Source of the DNA: Octopus sinensis | Taxonomy: Eukaryota | Assembly (NCBI RefSeq): GCF_006345805.1 | Contig: NC_043025.1 | Location: 16,802,001 to 16,866,000 of the forward strand | Direction of reading: 5' to 3' | DNA: 64,000 nt | Shown here: positions 37,280 to 52,200 of the stretch, piece after piece | How positions within the stretch are numbered: position 1 is the first letter of the stretch | Layout: every line of letters starts with the position of its first letter | The notes under the pieces: generated by a model | Told to the model about the DNA's origin: nothing | What the model saw: the letters and a program-made list of their open reading frames with translations, nothing else | Database searches by the model: none | Translations under genes and position numbers: made by a program

Positions 37280-40200
37280 AAGCTTATATTTATCCAAGAG
37301 ATCACTAAATTCTCAAAAGCTTTCAGTTTAGAAAATGTCAAAATATTTAAATAGTGTACTTGAAAAACAATAAAACATTTTGTGATCTGTTAGGTAAATA
37401 TAAATTAACTGAGTGATAAAAAGCTTATATTTATCCAAGGGATCACTAAATTCTCAAATGTTTTCAGGTTAGAAAATGTCAAAATATTTCAAATGTGTAC
37501 TTGAAAAACAACAAAAAATTTTGTGATCTGTTAGGTAAATATAAATTAACTGAATGATAATAAGCTTATATTTATCCAAGAGATCACTAAATTCTCAAAT
37601 GTTTTCAGGTTAGAAAATGTCAAAATATTTCAAAAGTGTACTTGAAAAACAACAAAAGATTTTGTAATCTGTTAGGTAAATATAAATTAACTGAGTGATA
37701 ATAAGCTTCTATTTCTCCAAGAGATCACTAAATTCTCAAAAGTTTTCAGGTTAGAAAGTGTCAAAATATTTCAAATGTGTACTTGAAAAACAACAAAATA
37801 TTTTGTGATCTGTTAGGTAAATATAAATTAACTGAGTGATAATAAGCTTATATTTATCCGAGAGATCACTAAATTCTCAAAAGTTTTCAGGTTAGAAAAT
37901 GTCATAATCTTTCAAATGTGTACTTGAAAAACAACAAAAAATTTTGTGATCTCTAAGGTAAATATAAATTAACTGAGTGATAATAAACTTATATTTATCC
38001 AAGAGAAAACTAATTTCTCAAAAGTTTTCAGGTGAGAAAATGTGAAAATATTTCAAATGTATACTTGAAAAACAACAAAAAATTAAGTGATCTGTTAGGT
38101 AAATATAAATTAACTGAGTGATAATATGCTTATATTTATCCAAGAGATCATTAAATTCTCAAACGTTTTCAGGTTAGAAAATGTCAAAATATTTCAAATG
38201 TGTACTTGAAAAATAACAAAAAATTTTGTGATCTGTTAGGTTAACTGAGTTAATTGAGTTATAATAGGCTTATATTTATCAAAGAGATCATTAAAGTCTC
38301 AAAAGTTTTCAGGTTAGAAAATGTCAAAATATTTCAAATGTGTACTTGAAAAACAAAAAAAATTTGTGATCTGTTCGGTGAATATAAATTGAGTGATAAT
38401 AAACTTATGTTTATCCAAGAGATCACTAAATTCTCAAAAGTTTTCAGGTTAGAAAATGTCAAAATATTTCAAATGTGTACTTGAAAAACAACAACAAATT
38501 TTGTGCTGTGTTAGGTAAATATAAATTAACTGAGTGGTAATAAGCTTATATTTATCCAAGAGATCACTAAATTCTCAAAAGTTTTCACGTTAGAAAATGT
38601 CAAAATATTTCAAATGTGTACTTGAAAAACAACAAAATATTTTGTGATCTGTTAGGTAAATATAAGTTAACTGAGTGATAATAAGCTTATATTTATCCAA
38701 GAGTTCACAAAATTCTCAAAAGTTTTCAGGTTAGAAAATGTCAAAATATTTCAAATGTGTACTTGAAAAAGAAAAAAAAATTTTGTGATCTGTTAGGTCA
38801 ATATAAATTAACTGAGCAATAATAAGCTTATATTTATCCAAGAGATCACTAAATTCTCAAAAGTTTACAGGTTAGAAAATGTCAAAATATTTCAAATGTG
38901 TACTTCAAAAACAACAAAAATTAAGTGATCTGTTAGGTTAACTGAGTCAACTGAGTTATAATAAGCTTATATTTATCCAAGAGATCACTAAATTTTCAAA
39001 AGTTTTCAGGTTAGAAAATGACAAAATATTTCAAATGTGTATTTTAAAAACGACAAAAAATTTGAGATCTGTTCGGAAAATATGAATTAACTGAGTGATA
39101 ATAAGCTTATATTTATCCAAGAGAAAACAAATTTCTCAAAAGTTTTCAGGTTAGAAAATGTCAAAATATTTCAAATGTGTACTTGAAAAACAACAAAAAA
39201 TTTTGTGATCTGTTAGGTAAATATAAATAACTGAGTGATAATAAGCATATATTTATCCAGGAGATCACTAAATTCTCGAAAGTTTTCACATTAGAAAATA
39301 TCAAAATATTTCAATGTGTACTTGAAAAACAACAACAAATTTTGTGCTGTGTTAGGTAAATATAAATTAACTGAGTGGTAATAAGCTTATATTTATCCAG
39401 AGATCACTAAATTCTCAAAAGTTTTCACGTTAGAAAATGTCAAAATATTTCAAATGTGTACTTGAAAAACAACAAAATATTTTGTGATCTGTTAGGTAAA
39501 TATAAGTTAACTGAGTGATAATAAGCTTATATTTATCCAAGAGTTCACAAAATTCTCAAAAGTTTTCAGGTTAGAAAATGTCAAAATATTTCAAATGTGT
39601 ACTTGAAAAAGAAAAAAAAATTTTGTGATCTGTTAGGTCAATATAAATTAACTGAGCAATAATAAGCTTATATTATCCAAGAGATCACTAAATTCTCAAA
39701 AGTTTACAGGTTAGAAAATTCAAAATATTTCAAATGTGTACTTCAAAAACAACAAAAATTAAGTGATCTGTTAGGTAACTGAGTCAACTGAGTTATAATA
39801 AGCTTATATTTATCAAGAGATCACTAAATTTCAAAAGTTTTCAGGTTAGAAAATGACAAAATATTTCAAATGTGTATTTTAAAAACGACAAAAAATTTGA
39901 GATCTGTTCGGAAAATATGAATTAACTGAGTGATAATAAGCTTATATTTATCCAAGAGAAAACAAATTTCTCAAAAGTTTTCAGGTTAGAAAATGTCAAA
40001 ATATTTCAAATGTGTACTTAAAAACAACAAAAAATTTTGTGATCTGTTAGGTAAATATAAATTAACTGAGTGATAATAAGCATATATTTATCCAAGAGAT
40101 CACTAAATTCTCAAAAGTTTTCACGTTAGAAAATATCAAAATATTTCAAATGTGTACTTTAAAAACAACAAAATATTTTGTGATCTGTTAGGTAAATATA

Positions 40201-43200
40201 AGTTAACTGAGTGATAATAGGCTTATATTTATCCAAGAGATCACTAAATTCTCAAATGTTTTCAGGTTAGAAAATGTCAAAATATTTTAAATGTGTACTT
40301 GAAAAAGATAAAAAAAATTTTGTGATCTGTTAGGTAAATATAAATTAACTGAGTGATAATAAGCTTATATTTATCCAAGAGAAAACTAATTTCTCAAAAG
40401 ATTTCAGGTTAGAAAATGTGAAAATATTTCAAATGTATACTTGAAAAACAACAAAAAAAATTTTGTGATCTGTTCGGTAAATATAAATTAACTAAGTGAT
40501 AATAAGCTTATATTTATCCAAGAGATCACTAAATTCTCAAAAGTTTTCAGGTTAGAACTTGTGAAAATATTCCAAATGTGTACTTGAAAAACAACAAAAA
40601 ATTAAGTGATCTTTTAGGTAAATATAAGTTAACTGAGTGATAATATGCGTATATTTATCCAAGAGATCACTAAATTCTCAATGGTTTTCAGGTTAGAAAA
40701 TGTCAAAATATTTCAAATGTATACTTGAAAAACAAAAAAAATTTTGTGATCTGTTCGGTAAATATAAATTGACTGAGTGATAATAAGCTTATATTTATCC
40801 AAGAGATCACTAAATTCTCAAAAGTCTTCAGGTTAGAAAATGTCAAAATAATTCAAATAAGTACTTGAAAAACAACAAAAAATTAAGTGATCTGTTAGGT
40901 TAACTGAGTTAACTGAGTTATAATAAGATTAAATTTATCCAAGAGATCACTAAATTCTCAAAGTTTTCAGGTTAGAAAATGTTAAAAAATATTTCAAATG
41001 TGTACTTGAAAAACAACAACAAATTATGTGCTGTGTTAGGTAAATATAAATTAACTGAGTGAAAATAAGCTTATATATATCCAAGAGATCACTAAATTCT
41101 CAAAAGTTTTCAGGTTAGAAAATGTCAAAATATTTCAAATGTGTACTTGAAAAACAACAAAATATTTTGTGATCTGTTAGGTAAATATAAGTTAACTGAG
41201 TGAAAATATGCTTATATTTATCCAAGAGATCACTAAATTCTCAAAAGTTTTCAGGTTAGAAGATGTCAAAATATTTCAAAAGTGTACTTGAAAAAGAAAA
41301 AAAAAATTTGTGATCTGTTAGGTAAATATAAATTAACTGAGCAATAATAAGCTTATATTTATCCAAGAGATCATTAAATTCTCAAAAGTTTTCAGGTTAG
41401 AAAATGTCAAAATATTTCAAATTTGTACTTGAAAAACAACAAAAATTAAGTGATCTGTCAGATTAACTTAGTTAACTGAGTTATAATAAGCTTATGTTTA
41501 TCCAAGAGATCACTAAATTCTCAAAAGATTCCAGGTTAGAAAATGTCAAAATATTTCAAATGTGTACTTGAAAAATAAAAAAAAATTGTGGTCTGTCCGG
41601 TGAATATAAATTGAGTGATAATAAGCTTATATTTATCCAAGAGATCACTAAATTCTGAAAAGGTTTCAGGTTAGAAAATGTCAAAATATTTCAAATGTGT
41701 ACTTGAAAAACAACAAAATATTTTGTGATCTCTTAGGTAAATATAAGTTAACTGAGTGATAATAAGCTTATATTTATCCAAGAGATCACAAAATTCTCAA
41801 AAGTTTTCAGGTTAGAAATGTCAAAATATTTCAAATGTGCACTTGGAAAACAACAAAAAATTTTGTGATCTGTTCGGTAAATATAAATTAACTGAGTGGT
41901 AATAAGCTTATATTTATCCAAGAGATCACTAAATTCTCAAAAGTTTTCAGGTTAGAAAATGTCAAATTATTTCAAATGTCTACTTGAAAAACAAAAAAAA
42001 TTTGTGATCTGTTTGGTGAATATAAATTGAGTGATAGTAAACTTATGTTTATCCAAGAGATCACTAAATTCTCAAAAGTTTTCAGGTTAGAAAATATTTC
42101 AAATGTGTACTTGAAAAAACCATAAAAAATTAAGTGATCTGTTAGGTTAACTGAGTTAAGTGAGTTAAAATAAGCTTATATTTATCCAAGAGATCACTAA
42201 AATCTCAAAAGTTTTCAGGTTAGAAAATGTCAAAATATTTCAATGTGTACTTGAAAAACAACAAAAAATCAAGTAATCTTTTAGGTAAATATATGTTAAC
42301 TGAGTGATAATATGCGTATAATTATCCTAGACATCACTAAATTCTCAAAAGTTTTAAGATTAGAAAATGTCAAAATATTTGAAATGTGTGCTGGAAAAAA
42401 AACAAAAAATTTCGTGATATTTTCGTAAGTATAAATTAACTAAGTGGTAATAAGCTTATATTATCCAAGAGATCACTGAATTCTCAAAAGTTTTCAGGTA
42501 AGAAAATGTCAAATTATTTCAAATGTGTACTTGAAAAACAACAAAAATTAAGTAAGTGCTCTGTTAGTTTAACTGAGTAAACTGAGTTATAATAAGCTTA
42601 TATAAATCTAAGAGATCACGAAAGTCTCAAAGGTTTCAGGTTAGAAAACGTCAAAATGTTTGAAATGTTTTCTTGAAAAACAAAAAAAAAATTTGTGATC
42701 TGTTCGGTAAATATATATTAACTGAGTGATAATAAGCTTATATTTATCCAAGAGATCACTAAATTCTCAAAAGTTTTCAGGTTAGAAAATGTCAAAATAT
42801 TTCAAATCTGTACTTGAAAAACAATAAAAAGTTTTGAAATCTGTTGGGTAAATATAAATTAACTGAGTGATAATAATCTTATTTTTTTGCAAGAGATCAC
42901 TAAAATCTCAAAAGTTTTCAGGTTAGAAAATGTGAAAATATTTCAAATGTGTACTTGAAAAACAACAAAATATTTTTTGATCAGTTAGGTAACTATAAAT
43001 TAACTGAGTGATAATAAGTTTTTTTTTATCCAAGTGATAACTAAATTCTCAAAAGTTTTCAGGTTAGAAAATGTCAAAATATTTCAAATGTGTATTTGAA
43101 AAACAACAAAAAATTTGTGATCTGTTCGGTAATTATAAATTAACTGAGTGATAATAAGCTTATATTTATCCAAGAGATCACTAAATTCTCAAAAGTTTTC

Positions 43201-46200
43201 AGGTTAGAAAATGTAAAAATATTTCAAATGTGTACTTGAAAAACAACAAATTATTTTGTGATCTGTTAGGTAAATATAAATTAACTGAGAGATAATAAGC
43301 TTATATTTATCCAAGAGATCACTAAATTCTCAAAAGTTTTCAGGTTAGAAAATGTCAAAATATTTCAAATGTGTACGTGAAAAACAACAAAATTTTTTGT
43401 GATCTGTTAGGTAAAATATAAGTTATCTGAGTGAGAATATTCGTGTATTTATCCAAGAGATCGCTAAATTCTCAAAAGTTGTCAGGTTAGAAAATGTCAA
43501 GATATTTCAAATGTGTACTTGAAAAACAACAAAAAATTTTAAGATCTGTTAGGTAAATATAAATTAACTGAGTGATAATATGCGTATATTTATCGAAGAG
43601 ATCACTAAATTCTCAAAAGTTTTCAGGTTAGAAAATGTCAAAATATTTCAAATGTGTATTTCAAAAACAACAAAAATTTTGTGATCTGTTCGGTAAAAAT
43701 ATATTAACTGAGTGATAATAGGCTTATATTTATCAAAGTGTTCAGTAAATTCTCAAAAGTTTTCAGGTTAGAAAATGTCAAAATATTTCAAATGTGTACT
43801 TGAAAAACAACAAAAAATCAAGTGATATTTTAGGTAAATATATGTTAACTGAGTGATAATATGCATATAATTATCTAAGACATCACTAGATTCTCAAAAG
43901 TTTTCAGATTAGAAAATGTCAAAATATTTAAAATGTGTACTTGAGAATCAACAAAATATTTTGTGATCTGTTAGGTAAAATACAAGTTAACTAAGTGATA
44001 ATAAGCTTATATTTATCAAAGAGATCACTAAATTCTCAAAAGTTTTCAGGTTAGAAAATGTCAAATTATTTCAAATGTGTACTTGAAAAACAGCAAAAAT
44101 ATCAAGTGATCTTTTAGGTAAATATATGTTCACTGAGTGATAATATGCGTATAATTATCTAAGACATCACTAAATTCTCAAAAGTTTTCAGATTAGAAAA
44201 TGTCAAAATATTTCAAATGTGTACTTGAAAAACAACCAAAAATTTGTAATCTGTTAGGTAAATATAAATTAACTTAGTGATAATAAGATTATATTTATCC
44301 AAGAGATCACTAAATTCTCAAAAGTTTTCAGTTTAAAAAATGTCAAAATATTTCAAATGTGTACTTGAAAAACAATAAAAAATTTTGAAATCTGTTGGGT
44401 AAATATAAATTAACTTAGTGATAATAAGCTTATATTTATCCAAGAGTTCACTAAATTTTCAAGAGTTTTCAGGTTAGAAAATGTCAAAATATTTCAAATG
44501 TGTACTTGAGAAACAACAAAATATTTTATGATCTGTTAGGTAAATATAAGTTATCTGAGACAGAATATGCGTGTATTTATCCAAGAGATCACTAAATTTT
44601 CAAAAGTTGTCAGGTTAGAAAATGTCAAAATATTTCAAATGTGTACTTGAAAAACAACAAAAAATCAAGTGAACTTTTAGGTAAATATATGTTAACTGAG
44701 TGATAATATGCGTATAATTATCTAAGACATCACTAAATTCTCAAAAGTTTTCAGATTAGAAAATGTCAAAATATTTGAAATTTGTACTTGAAAAACAACA
44801 AAAAATTTTGTGATCTGTTAGGTAAATATAAATTAACTGAGTGATAATAATCTTATTTTTATCCAAGAGATCACTAAATTCTCAAAAGTTTTCAGGTTAG
44901 AAAATCTGAAAATTTTTCAAATGTGTACTTGAAAAACAACAAAAATTTTTGTGATCTGTTAGGTAAATATACATTAACTTAGTGATAATAAGCTTATCTT
45001 TATCCAAGAGTTCACTAAATTTTCAAAAGTTTTCAGGTTAGAAAATGTCAAAATATTTCAAATGTGTACTTGAGAAACAACAAAAAATTTTGTGATCTTT
45101 TAGGTAAATATAAGTTATCTGAGTGAGAATATGCGTGTATTTATCCAAGAGATCACTAAATTCTCAAAAGTTGTCAGGTTAGAAAATGTCAAAATATTTC
45201 AAATGTGTACTTTAAAACAACAAAAAATCAAGTGATCTTTTAGGTAAATATAGTTTAACTGAGTGATAATATGCGTATAATTATCTAAGACATCACTAAA
45301 TTCTCAAAAGGTTTCAGATTAGAAAATGTCAAAATATTTCAAATGTGTACTTGAGAATCAACAAAATATTTTGTGATTTGTGAGGTGAAATATAATTAAC
45401 TGAGTGATAATCAGCATACATTTATCCAAGAGTTCACTAAATCTGAAAAGTTTTCAGGTTAGAAAATGTCAAAATATTTCAAATGTGTACTTGAAAAACA
45501 ACAAAAAATTTTGAAATCTTGGGTAAATATAAATTAACTTAGTGATAATGAACTTATTTTATCCAAGAGTTCACTAAATTCTCAAAAGTTTTCAGGTTAG
45601 AAAATGTCAAAATATTTCAAATGTGTACTGTAACAAAAAAAAAATTTTTTGAGATCTGTTATGTAAATATAAGTTATCTGAGTGAGAATGTGCGTGTATT
45701 TATCCAAGAGATCACTAAATTCTCAAAAGTGTCAGGGTAGAGAATGTCAAAATATTTCAAATGTGCACTTGAAAAAGAACAAAAATTTTGTGATCTGTAA
45801 GGTAAATATATATTAACTGAGTGATAATAAGCTTATTTTGATCCAAGAGATCACTAAATTCTCAAAATTTTCAGGTTAGAAAATGTCAAAATATTTCAAA
45901 TGTGTACTTGAAAAAACAATAAAACATTTTGAAATCTGTTAGGTAAATATAAATTAACTGAGTGATAAAATGTTATTTTTTGCAAGAGTTCAGAAAATTC
46001 TCAAAAGTTTTCAGGTTAGAAAATGTGAAAACATTTCAAATGTTATTTGAGAAACAACAAAGAATTTTGTGATCTGTTAGGTAAATATAAGTTTTTGAGT
46101 GATAATATGCGTATTTATCCAAGAGATCACTAATTCTCAAAAGTTTTCAGGTTAGAAAATGTCAAAATATTTCAAATGTGTACTTGACAAGCAACAAAAA

Positions 46201-49200
46201 ATTTGTGATCTGTTAGGTAAATATATCGATTAACTGAGTGAAAATAAGCTTATATATATCCAAGAGATCACTAAATTCTCAAAAGTTTTCAGGTTAGAAA
46301 ATGTCAAAATATTTCAAATGTGTACTTGAAAAACAACAAAAAATTTTGTGATCTGTTAGGTAAATATAAATTAACTGAGTGATAATAAGCTTATTTTTAT
46401 CCAAGTGATCACTAAATTCTCAAAAGTTTTCAGGTTAGATAATGTCAAAATATTTCAAATGTGTACTTGAAAAACAACAAAATATTTTTTGGTCTGTTAG
46501 GTAAAATATAAGTTAACTGAGTGATACTAAGCTTATATTTATCAAAGAAATCACTAAATTCTCAAAAGTTTTCAGGTTAGAAAATGTCAAAATATTTCAA
46601 ATGTGTACTTGAAAAACAACAAAAAATTTTGAAATCTCTTGGGTAAATATAAATTAACCTAGTGATAATGAACTTATTTTTATCCAAGAGTTCACTAAAT
46701 TCTCAAAAGTTTTCAGGTTAGAAAATGTCAAAATATTTCAAATGTGTACTTGAGAAACAACAAAAAAATTTGTGATCTTTTAGGTAAATATAAAATATCT
46801 GAGTGAGAATATGCGTGTATTTATCCAAGAGATCACTAAATTCTCAAAAGTTGTCAGGTTAGAAAATGTCAAAATATTTCAAATGTGTACTTTAAAACAA
46901 CAAAAAATCAAGTGATCTTTTAGGTAAATATAGTTTAACTGAGTGATAATATGCGTATAATTATCTAAGACATCACTAAATTCTCAAAAGGTTTCAGATA
47001 GAAAAATGTCAAAATATTTCAAATGTGTACTTGAGAATCAACAAAATATTTTGTGATTTGTGAGGTGAAATATTAATTAACTGAGTGATAATCAGCATAC
47101 ATTTATCCAAGAGTTCACTAAATTCTGAAAAGTTTTCAGGTTAGAAAATGTCAAAATATTTGAAATGTGTACTTGAAAAACAACAAAAAATTTTGAAATC
47201 TCTTGGGTAAATATAAATTAACTTAGTGATAATGAACTTATTTTTATCCAAGAGTTCACTAAATTCTCAAAAGTTTTCAGGTTAGAAAATGTCAAAATAT
47301 TTCAAATGTGTACTGTAAAAAAAAAAAATTTTTTGAGATCTGTTATGTAAATATAAGTTATCTGAGTGAGAATGTGCGTGTATTTATCCAAGAGATCACT
47401 AATTCTCAAAAGTTGTCAGGGTAGAAAATGTCAAAATTTTCAAATGTGCACTTGAAAAAGAACAAAAAATTTTGTGATCTGTAAGGTAAATATATATTAA
47501 CTGAGTGATAATAAGCTTATTTTGATCCAAGAGATCACTAAATTCTCAAAATTTCAGGTTAGAAAATGTCAAAATATTTCAAATGTGTACTTGAAAACAT
47601 AAACATTTTGAAATCTGTTAGGTAAATATAAAATAACTGAGTGATAAAAATGTTATTTTTATGCAAGAGTTCAGAAAATTCTCAAAAGTTTTCAGGTTAG
47701 AAAATGTGAAAACATTTCAAATGTTTATTTGAGAAACAACAAAGAATTTTGTGATCTGTTAGGTAAATATTAGTTTTCTGAGTGATAATATGCGTATATT
47801 TATCCAAGAGATCACTAAATTCTCAAAAGTTTTCAGGTTAGAAAATGTCAAAATATTTCAAATGTGTACTTGAAAAGCGACAAAAAATTTTCTGATCTGT
47901 TAGGTAAATATATCGATTAACTGAGTGAAATAAGCTTATATTTATCCAAGAGATCACTAAATTCTCAAAAGTTTTCAGGTTAGAAAATGTCAAAATATTT
48001 CAAATGTGTACTTGAAAAACAACAAAAAATTTTGTGATCTGTAAGGTAAAATAAATTAACTGAGTGATAATAAGCTTATTTTTATCCAAGTGATCACTAA
48101 ATTCTCAAAAGTTTTCAGGTAAGATATGTCAAAATATTTCAAATGTGTACTTGAAAAACAACAAAATAATTTTTTGGTCTGTTAGGTAAATATAAGTTAA
48201 CTGAGTGATACTAAGCTTATTTTTATCCAGAAATCACTAAATTCTCAAAAGTTTCAGGTTAGAAAATGTCAAAATATTTCAAATGTGTACTTGAAAAACA
48301 CAAAAAATTTTGAAATCTCTTGGGTAAATATAAATTAACCTAGTGATAATGAACTTATTTTTATCCAAGAGTTCACTAAATTCTCAAAAGTTTTCAGGTT
48401 AGAAAATGTCAAAATTTTCAAATGTGTACTTGAAAAACAATAGAAATTTTTGTGATCTGTTAGTTAAATATAAGTTATCTGAGTGAAAATATGCGTATAT
48501 TTATCAAAGAGATCACTAAATTCTGAAAGTTGTCAGGTTAGAAAATGTCAAAATATTCATATGTGTACTTGAAAAACAAAAAGTCAAGTGATCTTTTAGG
48601 TAAATATATGTAACTGTGTGATAATATGCGTATAACTATCTAAGACTCACTAAATTCTCAAAAGTTTTCAGAAGAAAATGTCAAAATATTTCAAATGTGT
48701 ACTTGAGAACAACAAAATATTTTGTGATCTGTTAGGTAAAATATAAGTTAACTGAGTGATAATAAGCTTATAATTATCCAAGAGATCACAATATTCTCAA
48801 AAGTTTTCAGGTTAGAAAATGTCAACATATTTCAAATGTGTACTTGAAAATCAACAAAAAATTTAGTGATCTGTTAGGTAAATATAAATTAACTGAGTGA
48901 TAATAAGCATACATTTATCATGGAGATCACTAAATTCTGAAAAGTTTTCAGGTTAGAAAATGTCAAAATTTTTCAAATGTGTACTTGAAAAACAACAAAA
49001 AATTTTGAAATCTCTTGGGGAAATATAAATTAACTTAGTGATAATGAACTTATTTTTATCCAAGTGTTCACTAAATTCTCAAAAGTTTTCAGGTTAGAAA
49101 ATGTGAACATATTTCAAATGTGTACTTCAAAAACAACAAAAAATTTTGAAATCTGTTAGGTAAATATAAATTAACTGAGTGATAAAAATGTAATTTTTAT

Positions 49201-52200
49201 CCAAGAGATCACTAAATTCTCAAAATTTTCAGGTTAGAAAATGTCAAAATATTACAAATGTGTACTTGAAAAACAATAAAACATTTTGAAATCTGTTAGG
49301 TAAATATAAATTAACTGAGTGATAAAAATGTTATTTTTATCCAAGAGTTCACAAAATTCTCAAAAGTTTTCAGGTTAGAAAATGTGAAAACATTTCAAAT
49401 GTTTATTTGAGAAACAACAAAGAATTTTGTGATCTGTTAGGTAAATATAAGTTTTCTGAGTGATAATATGCGTATATTTATCCAAGAGATCACTAAATTC
49501 TCAAAAGTTTTCAGGTTAGATAATGTCAAAATATTTCAAATGTGTACTTGAAAATCAACAAAATTTTTTGTGATCTGTTAGGTAAATATAAGTTAACTGA
49601 GTGATAATAAGCTTATACTTATCCAAGAGATCACTAAAATCTCAAAAGTTTTCAGGTTAGAAAATGTAAAAATATTTCAAATGTGTACTTGAAAAACAAC
49701 AAACAATTTTGTGATCTGTTAGGTAAATATAAATTAAATGAGTGATAATAAGCTTATATTTATCCAAGAGATCACTAGATTCTCAAAAGTTTTCAGGTTG
49801 GGAAATGTCAACATATTTCAAATGTGTACTTGAAAAACAACAAAATATTTTTTGATCTGTTAGGTAAAATATAAGTTAACTGAGTGATAATAAGCTTATA
49901 TTTATCAAAGAAATCACTAAATTCTCTAAAGTTTTCAGGTTAGAAAATGTCAAAATATTTCAAATGTGTACTTGAAAAACAACAAAAAAATTTGAAATCT
50001 CTTGGGTAAATATAAATTAACCTAGTGATAATGAACTTATTTTTATCCAAGAGTTCACTAAATTCTCAAAAGTTTTCAGGTTAGAAAATGTCAAAATATT
50101 TCAAATGTGTACTTGAGAAACAATAAAAAATTTTGTGATCTGTTAGTTAAATATAAGTTATCTGAGTGAAAATATGCGTATATTTATCCAAGAGATCACT
50201 AAATTCTGAAAAGTTGTCAGGTTAGAAAATGTCAAAATATTTCAAATGTGTACTTGAAAAACAACAAAAAATTTTGTGATCTGTTAGGTAAATATAAATT
50301 AACCGATTGAGTATATGCGTGTATTTATCCAAGAGATCACTAAATTCTCAAAATTTGTCAGATTAGAAAATGTCAAAATATTTCATATGTGTACTTGAAA
50401 AACAACAAAAAGTCAAGTGATCTTTTAGGTAAATATATAACTGTGTGATAATATGCGTATAATTATCTAAGACATCACTAAATTCTCAAAAGTTTTCAGA
50501 ATAGAAAATGTCAAAATATTTCAAATGTGTACTTGAGAATCAACAAAATATTTTGTGATCTGTTAGGTAAAATATAAGTTAACTGAGTGATAATAAGCTT
50601 ATATTTATCCAAGAGATCACTAAATTCTCAAAAGTTTTCAGGTTAGAAAATGTCAACATATTTCAAATATGTACTTGAAAATCAACAAAAAATTTAGTGA
50701 TCTGTTAGGTAAATATAAATTAACTGAGTGATAATAAGCATACATTTATCCAGGAGATCACTAAATTCTGAAAAGTTTTCAGGTTAGAAAATGTCAAAAT
50801 TTTTCAAATGTGTACTTGAAAAACAACAAAAAATTTTGAAATCTCTTGGGTAAATATAAATTAACTTAGTGATAATGAACTTATTTTTATCCAAGTGTTC
50901 ACTAAATTCTCAAAAGTTTTCAGGTTAGAAAATGACAAAATATTTCAAATGTGTACTTCAAAAACAACAAAAAATTTTGAAATCTGTTAGGTAAATATAA
51001 ATTAACTGAGTGATAAAAATGTAATTTTTATCCAAGAGATCACTAAATTCTCAAAAGTTTTCAGGTTAGAATATGTCAAAATATGTCAAATGTGTACTAG
51101 AAAAACAACACAAATTTTGTGATCTGTTCGGTAAATATAAATTAACTGAGTGATAATAAGCTTATATTTATCCAAGAGATCATTAAATTCTCAAAAGTTT
51201 TGAGGTTAGAAAATGTCAAAATATTTCAAATGTGTACTTGAAAAACAACAAAATATTTTGTGATCTGTTATGTAAAATATAAGTTAACTGAGTGATAATA
51301 AGCATATATTTATCCAAGAAATCACTAAATTCTCAAAAGTTTTCAGGTTAGAAAATGTCAAAATATTTCAAATGTGTACTTGAAAAACAATAAAAAATTT
51401 TGAAATCTCTTGGGTAAATATAAATTAACTTAGTGATAACGAACTTATTTTTATCCAAGAGTTCACTAAATTCTCAAAAGTTTTCAGGTTAGAAAATGTC
51501 AAAATATTTCAAATGTTTACTTGAGAAACAATAAAAAATTTTGTGATCTGTTAGTTAAATATAAGTTATCTGAGTGATAATATGCGTATATTTATCCAAG
51601 AGATCACTAAATTCTCAAAAGTTGTCAGGTTAGAAAATGTCAAAATATTTCAAATTTATACTTGAGAAACAATAAAAAATTTTGAAATCTGTTAGGTAAA
51701 TATAAATTAACTGAGTGATAATAATCTTATTTTTATCCAAGAGTTCACTAAATTCTCAAAAGTTTTCAGGTTAGAAAATGTCAAAATATTTCAAATGTGT
51801 ACTTCAAAACAACAAAATTTTTTGAGATCTGTTATGTAAATATAAGTTATCTTAGTGAGAATATGCGTGTATTTATCCAAGAGATCACTAAATTCTCAAA
51901 AGTTGTAAGGTTAGAAAATGTCAAAATATTTGAAATGTGTACTTGAAAAACAACAAAAAATTTTGTGATCTGTTAGGTAAATATAAATTAACTGAGTGAA
52001 AATAAGCTTATTTTGATCCAAGAGATCACTAAATTCTCAAAAGTTTTCAGGTTAGAAAATGTCAAAATATTTCAAATGTGTACTTCAAAACAACAAAAAA
52101 TTTTGAAATCTGTTAGGTAAATATAAATTAACTGAGTGATAAAAATGTTATTTTTATCCCAGAGTTCAGTAAATTCTAAAAATTTTCAGGTTAGAAAATG

